IMG/VR virus record: IMGVR_UViG_3300041402_000464
Location: 1-59,972 of that record
Direction: 5' to 3' (one strand)
Length of the DNA: 59,972 nucleotides
Origin: a virus
Taxonomy: Duplodnaviria; Caudoviricetes
Part shown: positions 9,848-17,189 of the stretch, piece by piece
How positions within the stretch are numbered: position 1 is the first letter of the stretch
How the letters are laid out: each line of letters starts with the position of its first letter
The notes under the pieces: generated by a model
Seen by the model: the letters and a program-made list of their open reading frames with translations, nothing else
Database searches by the model: none
Told to the model about the DNA's origin: nothing
Made by a program: the position numbers and the translations under genes

Positions 9848-10032
9848 TTGTGAGGTGGCGGAATAGGTAAACGCAGGTGTCTAATTTCTACAACCTTGTC
9901 GATGTCGCAATAGTAGAGGCAGAAGAGAGTAATGGCAATTGCAGGGTGACTATACAGGTAACAAATTGATAGCCACAAATAAAACGGAGACAATGGCTGG
10001 CGCTCCATCCTGTCAAATCCCTGCCCTCACAA
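9848..10032 (+). ncRNA. tRNA-like structured RNA with enlarged anticodon and T regions
   Basis: Acceptor-like TTGTGAGG/CCTCACAA, D-arm TGGCGGAATAGGTAAACGC, split T-stem GCAGGG...CAAATCCCTGC. Confidence 0.5.
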
Positions 10033-10050
10033 TTCATTTAAGGAGATATT

Positions 10051-10458
10051 ATGGGTAAGCGTGGTGAGATTCATCCGGTATACGGTATGACGGAAGCGGC
10101 TTTCTTTGGTAAGTTTAGAGCAGCCATAAGGAAGGAATGGCGCAATAGTAAAATGTATAAAGATGTAGTCTTAAAGGCACGAATACCATGCACCGACGGT
10201 AGTAGAAAGAAGTGGGTAGTGCCTTGCGCTGACTGCGGTACGTTATATTATCTTGACCAAAGAATTAAGGTTCCTACTGCCGATGGCAAGAAGATGAAAG
10301 ATGTTCCGGCATACCAAAGAGATCATAAGACTGACGCTGGTTCATGTAGGACGTTTAAAGAGATAGGGGAGTTTGCTGAGAAAATGAATTGTCCATCTGA
10401 AGAGTTGCAGATAATGTGCTACCACTGTCACTATAAGAAAACACATAAAAAGGAGTAG
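10051..10458 (+). CDS. Zn-binding HNH-like phage endonuclease
   Basis: CADCG ... RDH ... LQIMCYHCHYKKT. Confidence 0.65.
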   Translation: MGKRGEIHPVYGMTEAAFFGKFRAAIRKEWRNSKMYKDVVLKARIPCTDGSRKKWVVPCADCGTLYYLDQRIKVPTADGKKMKDVPAYQRDHKTDAGSCRTFKEIGEFAEKMNCPSEELQIMCYHCHYKKTHKKE

Positions 10459-10464
10459 GTTGCC

Positions 10465-10947
10465 ATGGCAAGTGAATCAACTCAGTTCAAAGAAGGCGAG
10501 GAACACACCAACTGGAAAGGTGGATATTATTATGATGCTTGTGGATACAAAAGAATATTAATATCCAAAAATACCTATCGGTGTGAGCATGTACTTGTCA
10601 TGGAAAAACATCTTGGCAGAAACCTGTTAGCAGATGAGATTGTCCATCATAAAAATGGGGTAAGGGACGATAACAGGTTAGAAAATTTAGAGTTGATGTC
10701 TCGGAGCCAGCACAACCGACTTCATCAAACCGGGAAAAAGGCTTCGGAAGAAACAAGGGCAAAATTTAGGCGTCTCAGGAAGGGTACAAATCAAAAAGAA
10801 AGTCATAACCAGTGGAGGTCTGATATAACTAAAGACAAAGTAATAGATGTTATCGCGCAAACAAAAACATTTAAAGAGGCAGCTAAATTTTTAAATATAA
10901 CTGCCGATGCACTAAGGATACGACGAAAATATTATAATTTAAAATAA
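10465..10947 (+). CDS. HNH homing endonuclease (NUMOD3-like tail)
   Basis: NWKGG, EHVLVMEKHLGR, VHHKNGVRDDNRLENLELMSRSQHNRLH. Confidence 0.9.
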   Translation: MASESTQFKEGEEHTNWKGGYYYDACGYKRILISKNTYRCEHVLVMEKHLGRNLLADEIVHHKNGVRDDNRLENLELMSRSQHNRLHQTGKKASEETRAKFRRLRKGTNQKESHNQWRSDITKDKVIDVIAQTKTFKEAAKFLNITADALRIRRKYYNLK

Positions 10948-10959
10948 GGAGGTTTAAAT

Positions 10960-11397
10960 ATGTCAGGTTTAAATAAGGTCCAGCTCATTGGTAATGTGTG
11001 TCATGACCTTGAAGTGAGATACACAAAAAGCGGCCAGGCCGTGACGAGTTTTAGTCTTGCAACTAATGAAAGGTGGACGAAAAAAGACGGCACAAAAGAG
11101 GACAAGACAGAATTTCATCGCATTGTGATCTGGGGGAAGCTGGCTGAAATATCAGGGGAATATCTCTCTAAAGGAAAACAAATTTACGTCGAGGGTAAAA
11201 ATCAGACAAGGGAGTGGGACGATAAAGAGGGTAATAAGAAGCAGACTACAGAGGTTGTGTGTCACGTTATGACTATGCTTGGTCAGGCTTCGGGTTCTTC
11301 CTCTCCGTCTACTGGTGACAGTTCTGCTTCGTCTGGTGGCCAACAAAGCTCAAGCGATGGAGAACCAGACTTCGAGGACGACGACATCCCTTTTTGA
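10960..11397 (+). CDS. ssb: Single-stranded DNA-binding protein
   Basis: LNKVQLIGN OB-fold start, C-terminal DDDIPF. Confidence 0.97.
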   Translation: MSGLNKVQLIGNVCHDLEVRYTKSGQAVTSFSLATNERWTKKDGTKEDKTEFHRIVIWGKLAEISGEYLSKGKQIYVEGKNQTREWDDKEGNKKQTTEVVCHVMTMLGQASGSSSPSTGDSSASSGGQQSSSDGEPDFEDDDIPF

Positions 11398-11519
11398 TCT
11401 ACAATTTGTGAGGTGGCAACAAAGCCTGTCAATCAACTGTCAATTGCATTGATACCTAACGGGCCTCACGATCCTTAATTTCATTGAATCCACTATTACA
11501 GTGGATTCATTAAAGGGAA

Positions 11520-11643
11520 GGATAACGCCATTATCAGCGGCCGCATTTAGAAGGGAGACCTATGAACACTGAAACGGGAACAGAAAGCAACACAGATCAA
11601 AGTGAGACAACGGTTAGCGGTCGGTTGCATAAATTTGTTATGC
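11520..11643 (-). repeat. attC site A (124 bp)
   Basis: Minus strand: GCATAAC AAATT TATGCAAC CGACCGC...GCGGCC GCTGATA ATGGC GTTATCC. Confidence 0.8.
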
Positions 11644-11876
11644 CTGTCGTGCTTGGAGAAGGTAAAAAGTGGGATCGGACAATCCCCTTCTCAAAACTAA
11701 GCGAGGAACTGGCTGAAAGGAAACTCGGGCAAACTTTAAAACAACTGATGGAGTGTGGTGGGGTATCCCCCAGCGAAGCAATAGCTATTATGGAGGGCGA
11801 CGCTTGGAATCATGTATCCGATAAAATTGGTTTAGAGATATTAAACCATATATTCTATGCAGCACCAAAGGCATAA
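11562..11876 (+). CDS. Cassette 1 hypothetical protein
   Basis: RBS and ATG inside attC A loop; stop TAA in core of site B; GQTLKQLMECGGVSPSEAIAIM. Confidence 0.7.
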   Translation: MNTETGTESNTDQSETTVSGRLHKFVMPVVLGEGKKWDRTIPFSKLSEELAERKLGQTLKQLMECGGVSPSEAIAIMEGDAWNHVSDKIGLEILNHIFYAAPKA

Positions 11877-11997
11877 CGACCAAGATCAGGGGCTTGCGGG
11901 CCACCTGAGACAAAGGAGGAATTAAGACAATGACTGAAGAAGCGAAAACCCCAGACGAAACTAGTGGTAGCGAGTCCCTTGCAGCGCCTGGTTCTGC
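11871..11997 (-). repeat. attC site B (127 bp)
   Basis: Minus strand: GCAGAAC CAGGC GCTGCAAG GGACTCGC...GCAAGCC CCTGATC TTGGTC GTTATGC. Confidence 0.85.
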
Positions 11998-12211
11998 CGC
12001 GCCTAGATATTTTACCGTGGGGGAACTTTGGGGGCCATGCCCATGCTTAGTGGATGGATGCCCGAGTTATCTGGCTTGGACTATTAAATTGACTGCCGAG
12101 GAAAATAATAAGCTACCCGAGCAATCTGGACCGGAAGCTGTAAAATATATATTCAAGCATAAATTAGGAATACCAATGTGTGAAAGTTGCTTGGGAAAAG
12201 AAAAGCGGTAG
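11930..12211 (+). CDS. Cassette 2 Cys-rich hypothetical protein
   Basis: GGAGGA RBS and ATG inside attC B loop; CPC/CxxC motifs. Confidence 0.7.
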   Translation: MTEEAKTPDETSGSESLAAPGSAAPRYFTVGELWGPCPCLVDGCPSYLAWTIKLTAEENNKLPEQSGPEAVKYIFKHKLGIPMCESCLGKEKR

Positions 12212-12414
12212 AACAATTAAGCTCAGGGTCTTCGGACGCTGGAGGAGGCGGAAAGATGGATTGTGTAAATACAGAATGTGATGGATATGATGAAAACTGT
12301 GTGGATAACTGTAGTGCGTCAGATATGTATAAAGCTGAAGAGTGTTGTGACTATAAACCCCTTAAAGCCCAGACAGAACCCGTGGCCGAAGTACCTTGCA
12401 GCGCCGGGTTATCT
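12208..12414 (-). repeat. attC site C (207 bp, long coding loop)
   Basis: Minus strand: AGATAAC CCGGC GCTGCAAG GTACTTCGG...CCGAAGAC CCTGAGC TTAATT GTTCTAC. Confidence 0.85.
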
Positions 12415-12570
12415 GTGGAGCTATTAAAAGAAAGATGTGAGGGACTAGAAACCATTCAAACCTGTTTCGAAGATGCGGCAAAAAATGTGATTACCGGATG
12501 GGAATCGGATGATAAGCAAATGTTTATTAGAGGGATAAAGGGATTGCAGATATTAATGGGGAACAGATAA
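12256..12570 (+). CDS. Cassette 3 Cys-rich hypothetical protein
   Basis: GGAGGAGG RBS, ATG 12256 inside attC C loop; stop in core of site D. Confidence 0.7.
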   Translation: MDCVNTECDGYDENCVDNCSASDMYKAEECCDYKPLKAQTEPVAEVPCSAGLSVELLKERCEGLETIQTCFEDAAKNVITGWESDDKQMFIRGIKGLQILMGNR

Positions 12571-12620
12571 CTATGAATTCAGAGCGAGCGTTAGCGATGC
12601 GCTGCAATGGCGTGTTATGG
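12565..12620 (-). repeat. attC site D (56 bp)
   Basis: Minus strand: CCATAAC ACGCC ATTGCAGC GCATCGCTAACGCTCGC TCTGAAT TCATA GTTATCT. Confidence 0.85.
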
Positions 12621-12647
12621 CACATGATTATCTAGGAGGATAAAAAA

Positions 12648-12848
12648 ATGGGGTTGGTAAACGGATTATTAAGATGTAAAAACTCTACAAGTGGAGAACA
12701 TTCTTGGAGAGGCTCGGACGAACAGAGAGCGCCTAGAGACAGAGGCAAGCCCGAAGTGTGTAGCTTATGCAATCAATTTCTTGAAACCGTAAAGAAGAGA
12801 ACAGAAGATTATCGTCAAGCCCTAGAAGAAGGGCGCGAAACATTTTAG
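12648..12848 (+). CDS. Cassette 4 hypothetical protein
   Basis: AGGAGG RBS; C...H...CSLC. Confidence 0.65.
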   Translation: MGLVNGLLRCKNSTSGEHSWRGSDEQRAPRDRGKPEVCSLCNQFLETVKKRTEDYRQALEEGRETF

Positions 12849-12855
12849 GATTGTG

Positions 12856-12925
12856 CCATAACTGTGAGCTAAATCGCTGACATAAACGAAGTGTTGGCAG
12901 TCGAAATTTCAGCGCTTTGTTATGC
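12856..12925 (-). repeat. attC site E (70 bp)
   Basis: Minus strand: GCATAAC AAAGC GCTGAAAT...ATTTAGC TCACA GTTATGG. Confidence 0.8.
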
Positions 12926-12948
12926 GCTGGCTAATTAAGGAGGATAAA

Positions 12949-13152
12949 TTGGAAGAGATGATAAATAAGATATGCGGTCAATTGCCGGAAGGCTGGGAAA
13001 TAAACTTGTGCATGGAAAACGGTGCGGCCTGGGTGGAGTTAATTAGCCAGAACGGAAACGGAGGAGAGGACATGCATATAGATGGGGGAGATAAAACCCT
13101 TGAAGAGCAATTAAATGAGGCATTGTGTGTTGCTAACGGGTTTAGCGCATAA
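12949..13152 (+). CDS. Cassette 5 hypothetical protein
   Basis: AGGAGG RBS then TTG (or ATG 12958); LPEGWEINLCMENGAAWVEL; stop in core of site F. Confidence 0.7.
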   Translation: MEEMINKICGQLPEGWEINLCMENGAAWVELISQNGNGGEDMHIDGGDKTLEEQLNEALCVANGFSA

Positions 13153-13275
13153 CGATGGAGCTAACCAGCCACGGGGTAAAGGCTAAAGCCCTCAAGTTAG
13201 CATTATTATTTATTAACCTTTCCCTTATCCAACTTGACACCTCTGTTAGTGGTCTGGTTGAGCGTGGGGTTAGGT
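13147..13275 (-). repeat. attC site F (129 bp)
   Basis: Minus strand: ACCTAAC CCCAC GCTCAACC AGACCAC...GTGGCT GGTTAGC TCCATC GTTATGC. Confidence 0.9.
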
Positions 13276-13796
13276 GATGAAGCGTTGGTTGAAATATCTT
13301 CCTTTTGCGGCAACGGTTCGGCTGTTTTTTTATGAAGAGCCGATGACTGAGAAGCGGATACTTCTTGAGACACTGTATTTTTCATTTTTGCTTGGAGGTA
13401 TATCGTGCCCATTGACGCTGTGGCTGCTATTAAAGCTCCAAGCAGGGCACCAATGAAAGCAAAAATTGCTAATTTTTTAGATAAAGCAATTTGCTTGCCG
13501 TGAATTTCAAGAGTGAGGTCTTCTTGTTTCTGATAAATTTCACGTGTAAGTTCAGCTTGTTTATCGTGAAGACGTCTAGCAGAAGAAGATTGATCGGAGG
13601 CAAGATTATGGTTGGCGCGAAGTTGTTCTTCAAGAAGTTGTTCGTTGAGACTATGTTGCTCTTCAAGTGACTTGTTTTTTAGAACAAGTTTAATAATCTC
13701 GAAGTCTGAGCTGGTGCCACCAAGTTGAGCAATAGCATGACAAAGATCAGATGGTTGCATGGAACTATAATATAAAAATTTTTCTGATGGATTCAT
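13206..13796 (-). CDS. Cassette 6 coiled-coil protein with TM helix (only canonically oriented cassette gene)
   Basis: 196-aa ORF, TM LAIFAFIGALLGALIAATAS; starts just after core of site G and reads into attC F. Confidence 0.7.
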   Translation of the reverse strand: MNPSEKFLYYSSMQPSDLCHAIAQLGGTSSDFEIIKLVLKNKSLEEQHSLNEQLLEEQLRANHNLASDQSSSARRLHDKQAELTREIYQKQEDLTLEIHGKQIALSKKLAIFAFIGALLGALIAATASMGTIYLQAKMKNTVSQEVSASQSSALHKKTAEPLPQKEDISTNASSPNPTLNQTTNRGVKLDKGKVNK

Positions 13797-13805
13797 ATTT
13801 TAAAC

Positions 13806-13876
13806 ACCTAACGAAAAAGCTAACCCTGTTGGCTGAACGGAGTGAAGACAATCCGTGGTTGAGCGCGGGGTTAGAC
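13806..13876 (-). repeat. attC site G (71 bp)
   Basis: Minus strand: GTCTAAC CCCGC GCTCAACC...GGTTAGC TTTTTC GTTAGGT. Confidence 0.9.
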
Positions 13877-13891
13877 AAAATGGAGGTTGAC

Positions 13892-14095
13892 ATGGGATGG
13901 TTAACAAGGTTATTTGGGCAGAGTGGGAAAGTAAGGTTTGAAGGCGTGACTATCGAAGGGCAAAAATTTACAGGGAAAGTTAAAATAGAAATATTTAACA
14001 TGGACAAAGAGGAAATTGAAGCCAAGCTGAAAGATATGCTTTATGTAGAAACTGGACAGAAAGCAAGAGAGCTTCATATTGTGGCTTTTGTCTAA
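13892..14095 (+). CDS. Cassette 7 hypothetical protein
   Basis: GGAGG RBS, MGWLTRLFG; stop in core of site H. Confidence 0.7.
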   Translation: MGWLTRLFGQSGKVRFEGVTIEGQKFTGKVKIEIFNMDKEEIEAKLKDMLYVETGQKARELHIVAFV

Positions 14096-14154
14096 CGACC
14101 AAGATCACCGGAAGGCACCGCAGGTGACTTTCCGTGTGAAGCGCATTGTTATCT
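14090..14154 (-). repeat. attC site H (65 bp)
   Basis: Minus strand: AGATAAC AATGC GCTTCACAC GGAAAG...CCTTCC GGTGATC TTGGTC GTTAGAC. Confidence 0.8.
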
Positions 14155-14181
14155 TGCGCTATTAATAGAGAGGATAAGTCA

Positions 14182-14361
14182 ATGAATGATTTTATAAAGT
14201 TATTGAAGAAGTTACTTGTTGCCGAAAACAATAAAACAGAGGAAGAAGCTGAAAGGATTGTGAAGAAGCATCCTAACATTGTGACGCAGGGGATTATGAG
14301 CAACAGATTGAGAGCGACAGCTATGGCATTAGAAATGGCCGAAGATAAGGAAGCAAGATAA
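14182..14361 (+). CDS. Cassette 8 hypothetical protein
   Basis: GAGAGG RBS; stop in terminal core site. Confidence 0.65.
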   Translation: MNDFIKLLKKLLVAENNKTEEEAERIVKKHPNIVTQGIMSNRLRATAMALEMAEDKEAR

Positions 14362-14385
14362 CCTTAGAATATGTGGACATTTAAT
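14356..14385 (-). other. attI-like / primary insertion site (single core, no hairpin partner)
   Basis: Minus strand ...GTCCACATATTCTAAG-GTTATCTTGC; core complementary to the other end of cassette 8. Confidence 0.5.
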
Positions 14386-14398
14386 CTTGAGATAGATT

Positions 14399-14770
14399 GT
14401 GGATAAGTTTGCTAAACATAAGAAACTTAGAAAGAATCAGCGTAATAGGAAGCAATATTTGCGCTTAAATTCTGACGAGCCTATTCGAGAACCATATTAT
14501 CAGCCACCCCAGTTAAGAGGTATCAGGATTTACGGCGACATGGATATGGGATATCTCAGGCTTATCTATATTTCCTTATGGAATAGCGGAAGGATCGACT
14601 CATATTTTGTCAGAAGAGAAAAGCCTGAGAATATAGGCCATAGACCTAAACTGGATGATGATCATAAAGGCTGGTGGTTGGACGATGGAGGCAATAAAAA
14701 GAAATATGGCAAGGTCAACCTTGATAAAGAGATTAGACGCGCTATGCCTGGAATAAGAAGGTTTGATTAG
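14399..14770 (+). CDS. Hypothetical basic protein
   Basis: 123-aa ORF, no tyrosine-recombinase motifs. Confidence 0.55.
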   Translation: MDKFAKHKKLRKNQRNRKQYLRLNSDEPIREPYYQPPQLRGIRIYGDMDMGYLRLIYISLWNSGRIDSYFVRREKPENIGHRPKLDDDHKGWWLDDGGNKKKYGKVNLDKEIRRAMPGIRRFD

Positions 14771-14772
14771 GC

Positions 14773-14801
14773 TTGACAATTACAAGAGTAAACCATAGGA
14801 T
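14773..14801 (+). promoter_or_regulatory. Sigma70 promoter of replication operon
   Basis: TTGACA-17nt-TAGGAT. Confidence 0.7.
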
Positions 14802-14875
14802 TAAGTATCGTTGAGTTTTGGCGATCTTCAAATACCTTTTGCGAGGACTGAAATGAAAAAATACTTTAAACATAG

Positions 14876-14956
14876 AACCCCCTTGTTATGGATGCTGGTT
14901 GCTGAAAGGCGCTGGAGCGGTCATTTCCCGTTCGCAAACTCCATGACAAGGGGGTT
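14876..14956 (+). ncRNA. Structured leader RNA, C4-antisense-like
   Basis: 17-bp stem AACCCCCTTGTTATGGA/TCCATGACAAGGGGGTT; inner CGGTC and TCGCAAA complementary to upstream TTTGCGAGGACTG. Confidence 0.45.
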
Positions 14957-14977
14957 GTGCGTTTAAGGGAGACTGTT

Positions 14978-15355
14978 ATGGAGATAAAGGAATGCCCAAA
15001 ATGTAAGTCCACGAAAGGTTACTATTTTAAAAACACGGGAAGCTATAAAGAGGCCCACTTATTCAACATTTGTGCACCTAGAGACGAGAGATTCAAAGAC
15101 ATGCACGGCTCTTTAAAGGTGTCGAGTTTAGGTAAAAACGCTTTTTGTATAACTTGTGACAGAAGGTTAGAGGAATTAGACAGGAGTCCCGACATGAAAG
15201 AGAAAAAGTTAGAGTATTATAAGGTGATCGCAGACGGCAAAGATCAAGGCATTATATTAAAAACCCACAAGCAGAAAGTGCGCACTATGAAAGTCCTCAG
15301 AGGAATAAAATTAGTTACAGCTACCGAAGAAGACATTAAAAGATACAACGGATAA
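14978..15355 (+). CDS. Zn-ribbon hypothetical protein
   Basis: CPKC ... CITC; GGGAG RBS. Confidence 0.6.
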   Translation: MEIKECPKCKSTKGYYFKNTGSYKEAHLFNICAPRDERFKDMHGSLKVSSLGKNAFCITCDRRLEELDRSPDMKEKKLEYYKVIADGKDQGIILKTHKQKVRTMKVLRGIKLVTATEEDIKRYNG

Positions 15356-15364
15356 AGGTATTAA

Positions 15365-16162
15365 ATGAAACATAATTACGTCCCAGATGGATGCTTTCTC
15401 TTAGCCAGACAGATATTTGAATCTGCTATATGGAGAGATGATCCGCACGTCCTGAAGTTGTTTATTTATTTGATGGGACAGGCTCGACATAATACGAAGC
15501 CTAAAAAATATCCTTCTTTTGAGGTCAAGCGGGGGGAACTGGTAACAAGTCTTGCAAAAATCTCTGAAGAAAATGAGTATAGCCAGAACGGAACTATCAA
15601 AACTTGGCCCCGAATGAAGATATCTAGGATGCTTGATTTACTAGAAAAACAGGGTTACGTTAAGAAGCTTTGTGACACCTATGGTACACATATAAGTATA
15701 TGTAATTACAACACTTATCAGGATATCAACAACTACAAGTGTGACAGTGGTGGTACACAAGTGTTACAGGACTGTTACAGCGGTGTTACAGGGGTGTTAC
15801 TAAACAAGAATGTAAAGAAAGGTAAGAATGTAAAGAAAGAACCGTCAGTAGGGTTTGAAGATTTCTATAAAGCATACCCTAAAAAGAAAAGCAAAGGTCA
15901 AGCTGAGAAAACTTGGCATAAGCTTTCCCCTGATAGCGATCTTTTAAAAGAAATACTAATAGGCTTAGAGTCAGCTAAGAAGTCTGAGGACTGGACCAAG
16001 GACAATGGTAAGTATATTCCTCACCCATCAACGTGGCTAAATGCTAAAGGATGGGAAGACGAAATAACCGAGTCTAAAGACTATGAAGTAATTATAGACG
16101 GCGTATCTACTCCCATGACCGAAACAGAGTATAAGCAATGGAAGGTTGATAATGAAAGATGA
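15365..16162 (+). CDS. Phage replication initiator (replisome organizer)
   Basis: KRGELVTSLAKI, ISICNYNTYQ, FEDFYKAYPKKKSK, KYIPHPSTWLNAKGWEDE; internal iterons. Confidence 0.85.
   Translation: MKHNYVPDGCFLLARQIFESAIWRDDPHVLKLFIYLMGQARHNTKPKKYPSFEVKRGELVTSLAKISEENEYSQNGTIKTWPRMKISRMLDLLEKQGYVKKLCDTYGTHISICNYNTYQDINNYKCDSGGTQVLQDCYSGVTGVLLNKNVKKGKNVKKEPSVGFEDFYKAYPKKKSKGQAEKTWHKLSPDSDLLKEILIGLESAKKSEDWTKDNGKYIPHPSTWLNAKGWEDEITESKDYEVIIDGVSTPMTETEYKQWKVDNER
15739..15840 (+). repeat. Putative replication origin: iterons plus A-rich repeat inside the initiator gene
   Basis: TGTTACAG at 15762, 15773, 15784 and TGTTACTA at 15795 (11-nt period), then AAGAATGTAAAGAAAG twice. Confidence 0.75.
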
Positions 16163-17189
16163 CGGATACATGGACGACTTGGCTGCTGAAAATGAAGCTA
16201 TAGACCGTATTGAGCATTTAGAGGGGAAAGTATCCTTGTGGGTACTTCAAGCACATGGCGAGTTTAGATTATCTGAAATTGTTAAGGACTTAGGCATAAC
16301 TTCAAGCGACGATGTTAGCGGTTTGAAGGATGCTCTCTATGGGTTGTGCTGTGCTGGCAAGATCAAGGAGAATAAAAAGAAGAACGGAGTATACAGAAAG
16401 CTTGATATTGAATTAAATAAAATGAAGCGGGTAGAGAACAGGCCCCTGCCGATGGATCTAATTTGGCCACTTAAATTACATGAAAGGGTTATTACTAATA
16501 TTGGATCGCTCATCGTTGTAGCTGGGATTCCTAATTCTGGGAAGAGTTGTTTCTTTTTGAATTTTGCCGATATGAATAAAGATAAATATAAAATCAGATA
16601 TGTTTCGTCTGAGTGGACAAACGCGGAAAGGGATGAACAGCTTGAAAGCTTCGGGGCAGATATCGACGAATGGGACAGTAAGATAGATTTCTACGCAAAA
16701 AAAGATGTAACAAGTTCATTTGATAATTATATCGACCCTGAGAATATTACAATTATAGACTATTTTGAGAGCTATGATGATTATGCAGGCATAGCAGGGG
16801 CATTAAGGGATATTGCCGATAAACTCACTACGGGTATCGCCATTGTAGGACTGCAAAAAAAGATTGGTGCTGCTCATGGTAGCGGAGGTGAGGGAACTAA
16901 AAACAGGGCTCAACTTTATATAAATATAGATAGAAACGAACTTGATCCCCGGAAACGAATTGCTACTATCACGAAACTAAAGAAGGCCACCGATAGAAAG
17001 TACAGCATAGAGCATTTGAGTTGCGAGTTTGAGTACAGCGACAAAGGCCGCATGGTAGAGCAAACAGGATGGGGCAAGATAGTTGAGATGAAGCAGAAGA
17101 ACGTATTGGTGGAGAAATATATCCAGGTAGAGCGTTGGGCTAACCAGAAACCTAAAGAGGAAGAGGAGCCAATATCATGGACCAGGTAA
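16152..17189 (+). CDS. P-loop ATPase, RecA/DnaB-like helicase
   Basis: Walker A AGIPNSGKS, Walker B ITIIDY; coupled to initiator. Confidence 0.75.
   Translation: MKDDGYMDDLAAENEAIDRIEHLEGKVSLWVLQAHGEFRLSEIVKDLGITSSDDVSGLKDALYGLCCAGKIKENKKKNGVYRKLDIELNKMKRVENRPLPMDLIWPLKLHERVITNIGSLIVVAGIPNSGKSCFFLNFADMNKDKYKIRYVSSEWTNAERDEQLESFGADIDEWDSKIDFYAKKDVTSSFDNYIDPENITIIDYFESYDDYAGIAGALRDIADKLTTGIAIVGLQKKIGAAHGSGGEGTKNRAQLYINIDRNELDPRKRIATITKLKKATDRKYSIEHLSCEFEYSDKGRMVEQTGWGKIVEMKQKNVLVEKYIQVERWANQKPKEEEEPISWTR

Larger units (their letters stand above)
11520..14385 (-). mobile_element. Integron-type gene cassette array without integrase (8 attC, 8 cassettes, attI-like end)
   Basis: Canonical R''-L''...L'-R' geometry on minus strand; each cassette bounded by 8-11 bp complementary core ends. 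Confidence 0.9.

Noticed and set aside
9848-10032. Functional tRNA gene
   Set aside because: No 7-nt anticodon loop, interrupted T-loop and no CCA; kept only as tRNA-like.
11520-14154. attC sites on the plus strand (conventional orientation with the genes)
   Set aside because: The extra-helical base and 5/6-nt spacer asymmetry fit the canonical pattern only on the minus strand.
11520-14362. CRISPR array or simple repeat family
   Set aside because: Units share structure, not sequence, and are separated by whole genes; no cas genes.
14399-14770. Integron integrase beside the array
   Set aside because: Only 123 aa and lacks the R-H-R-Y tyrosine recombinase motifs.
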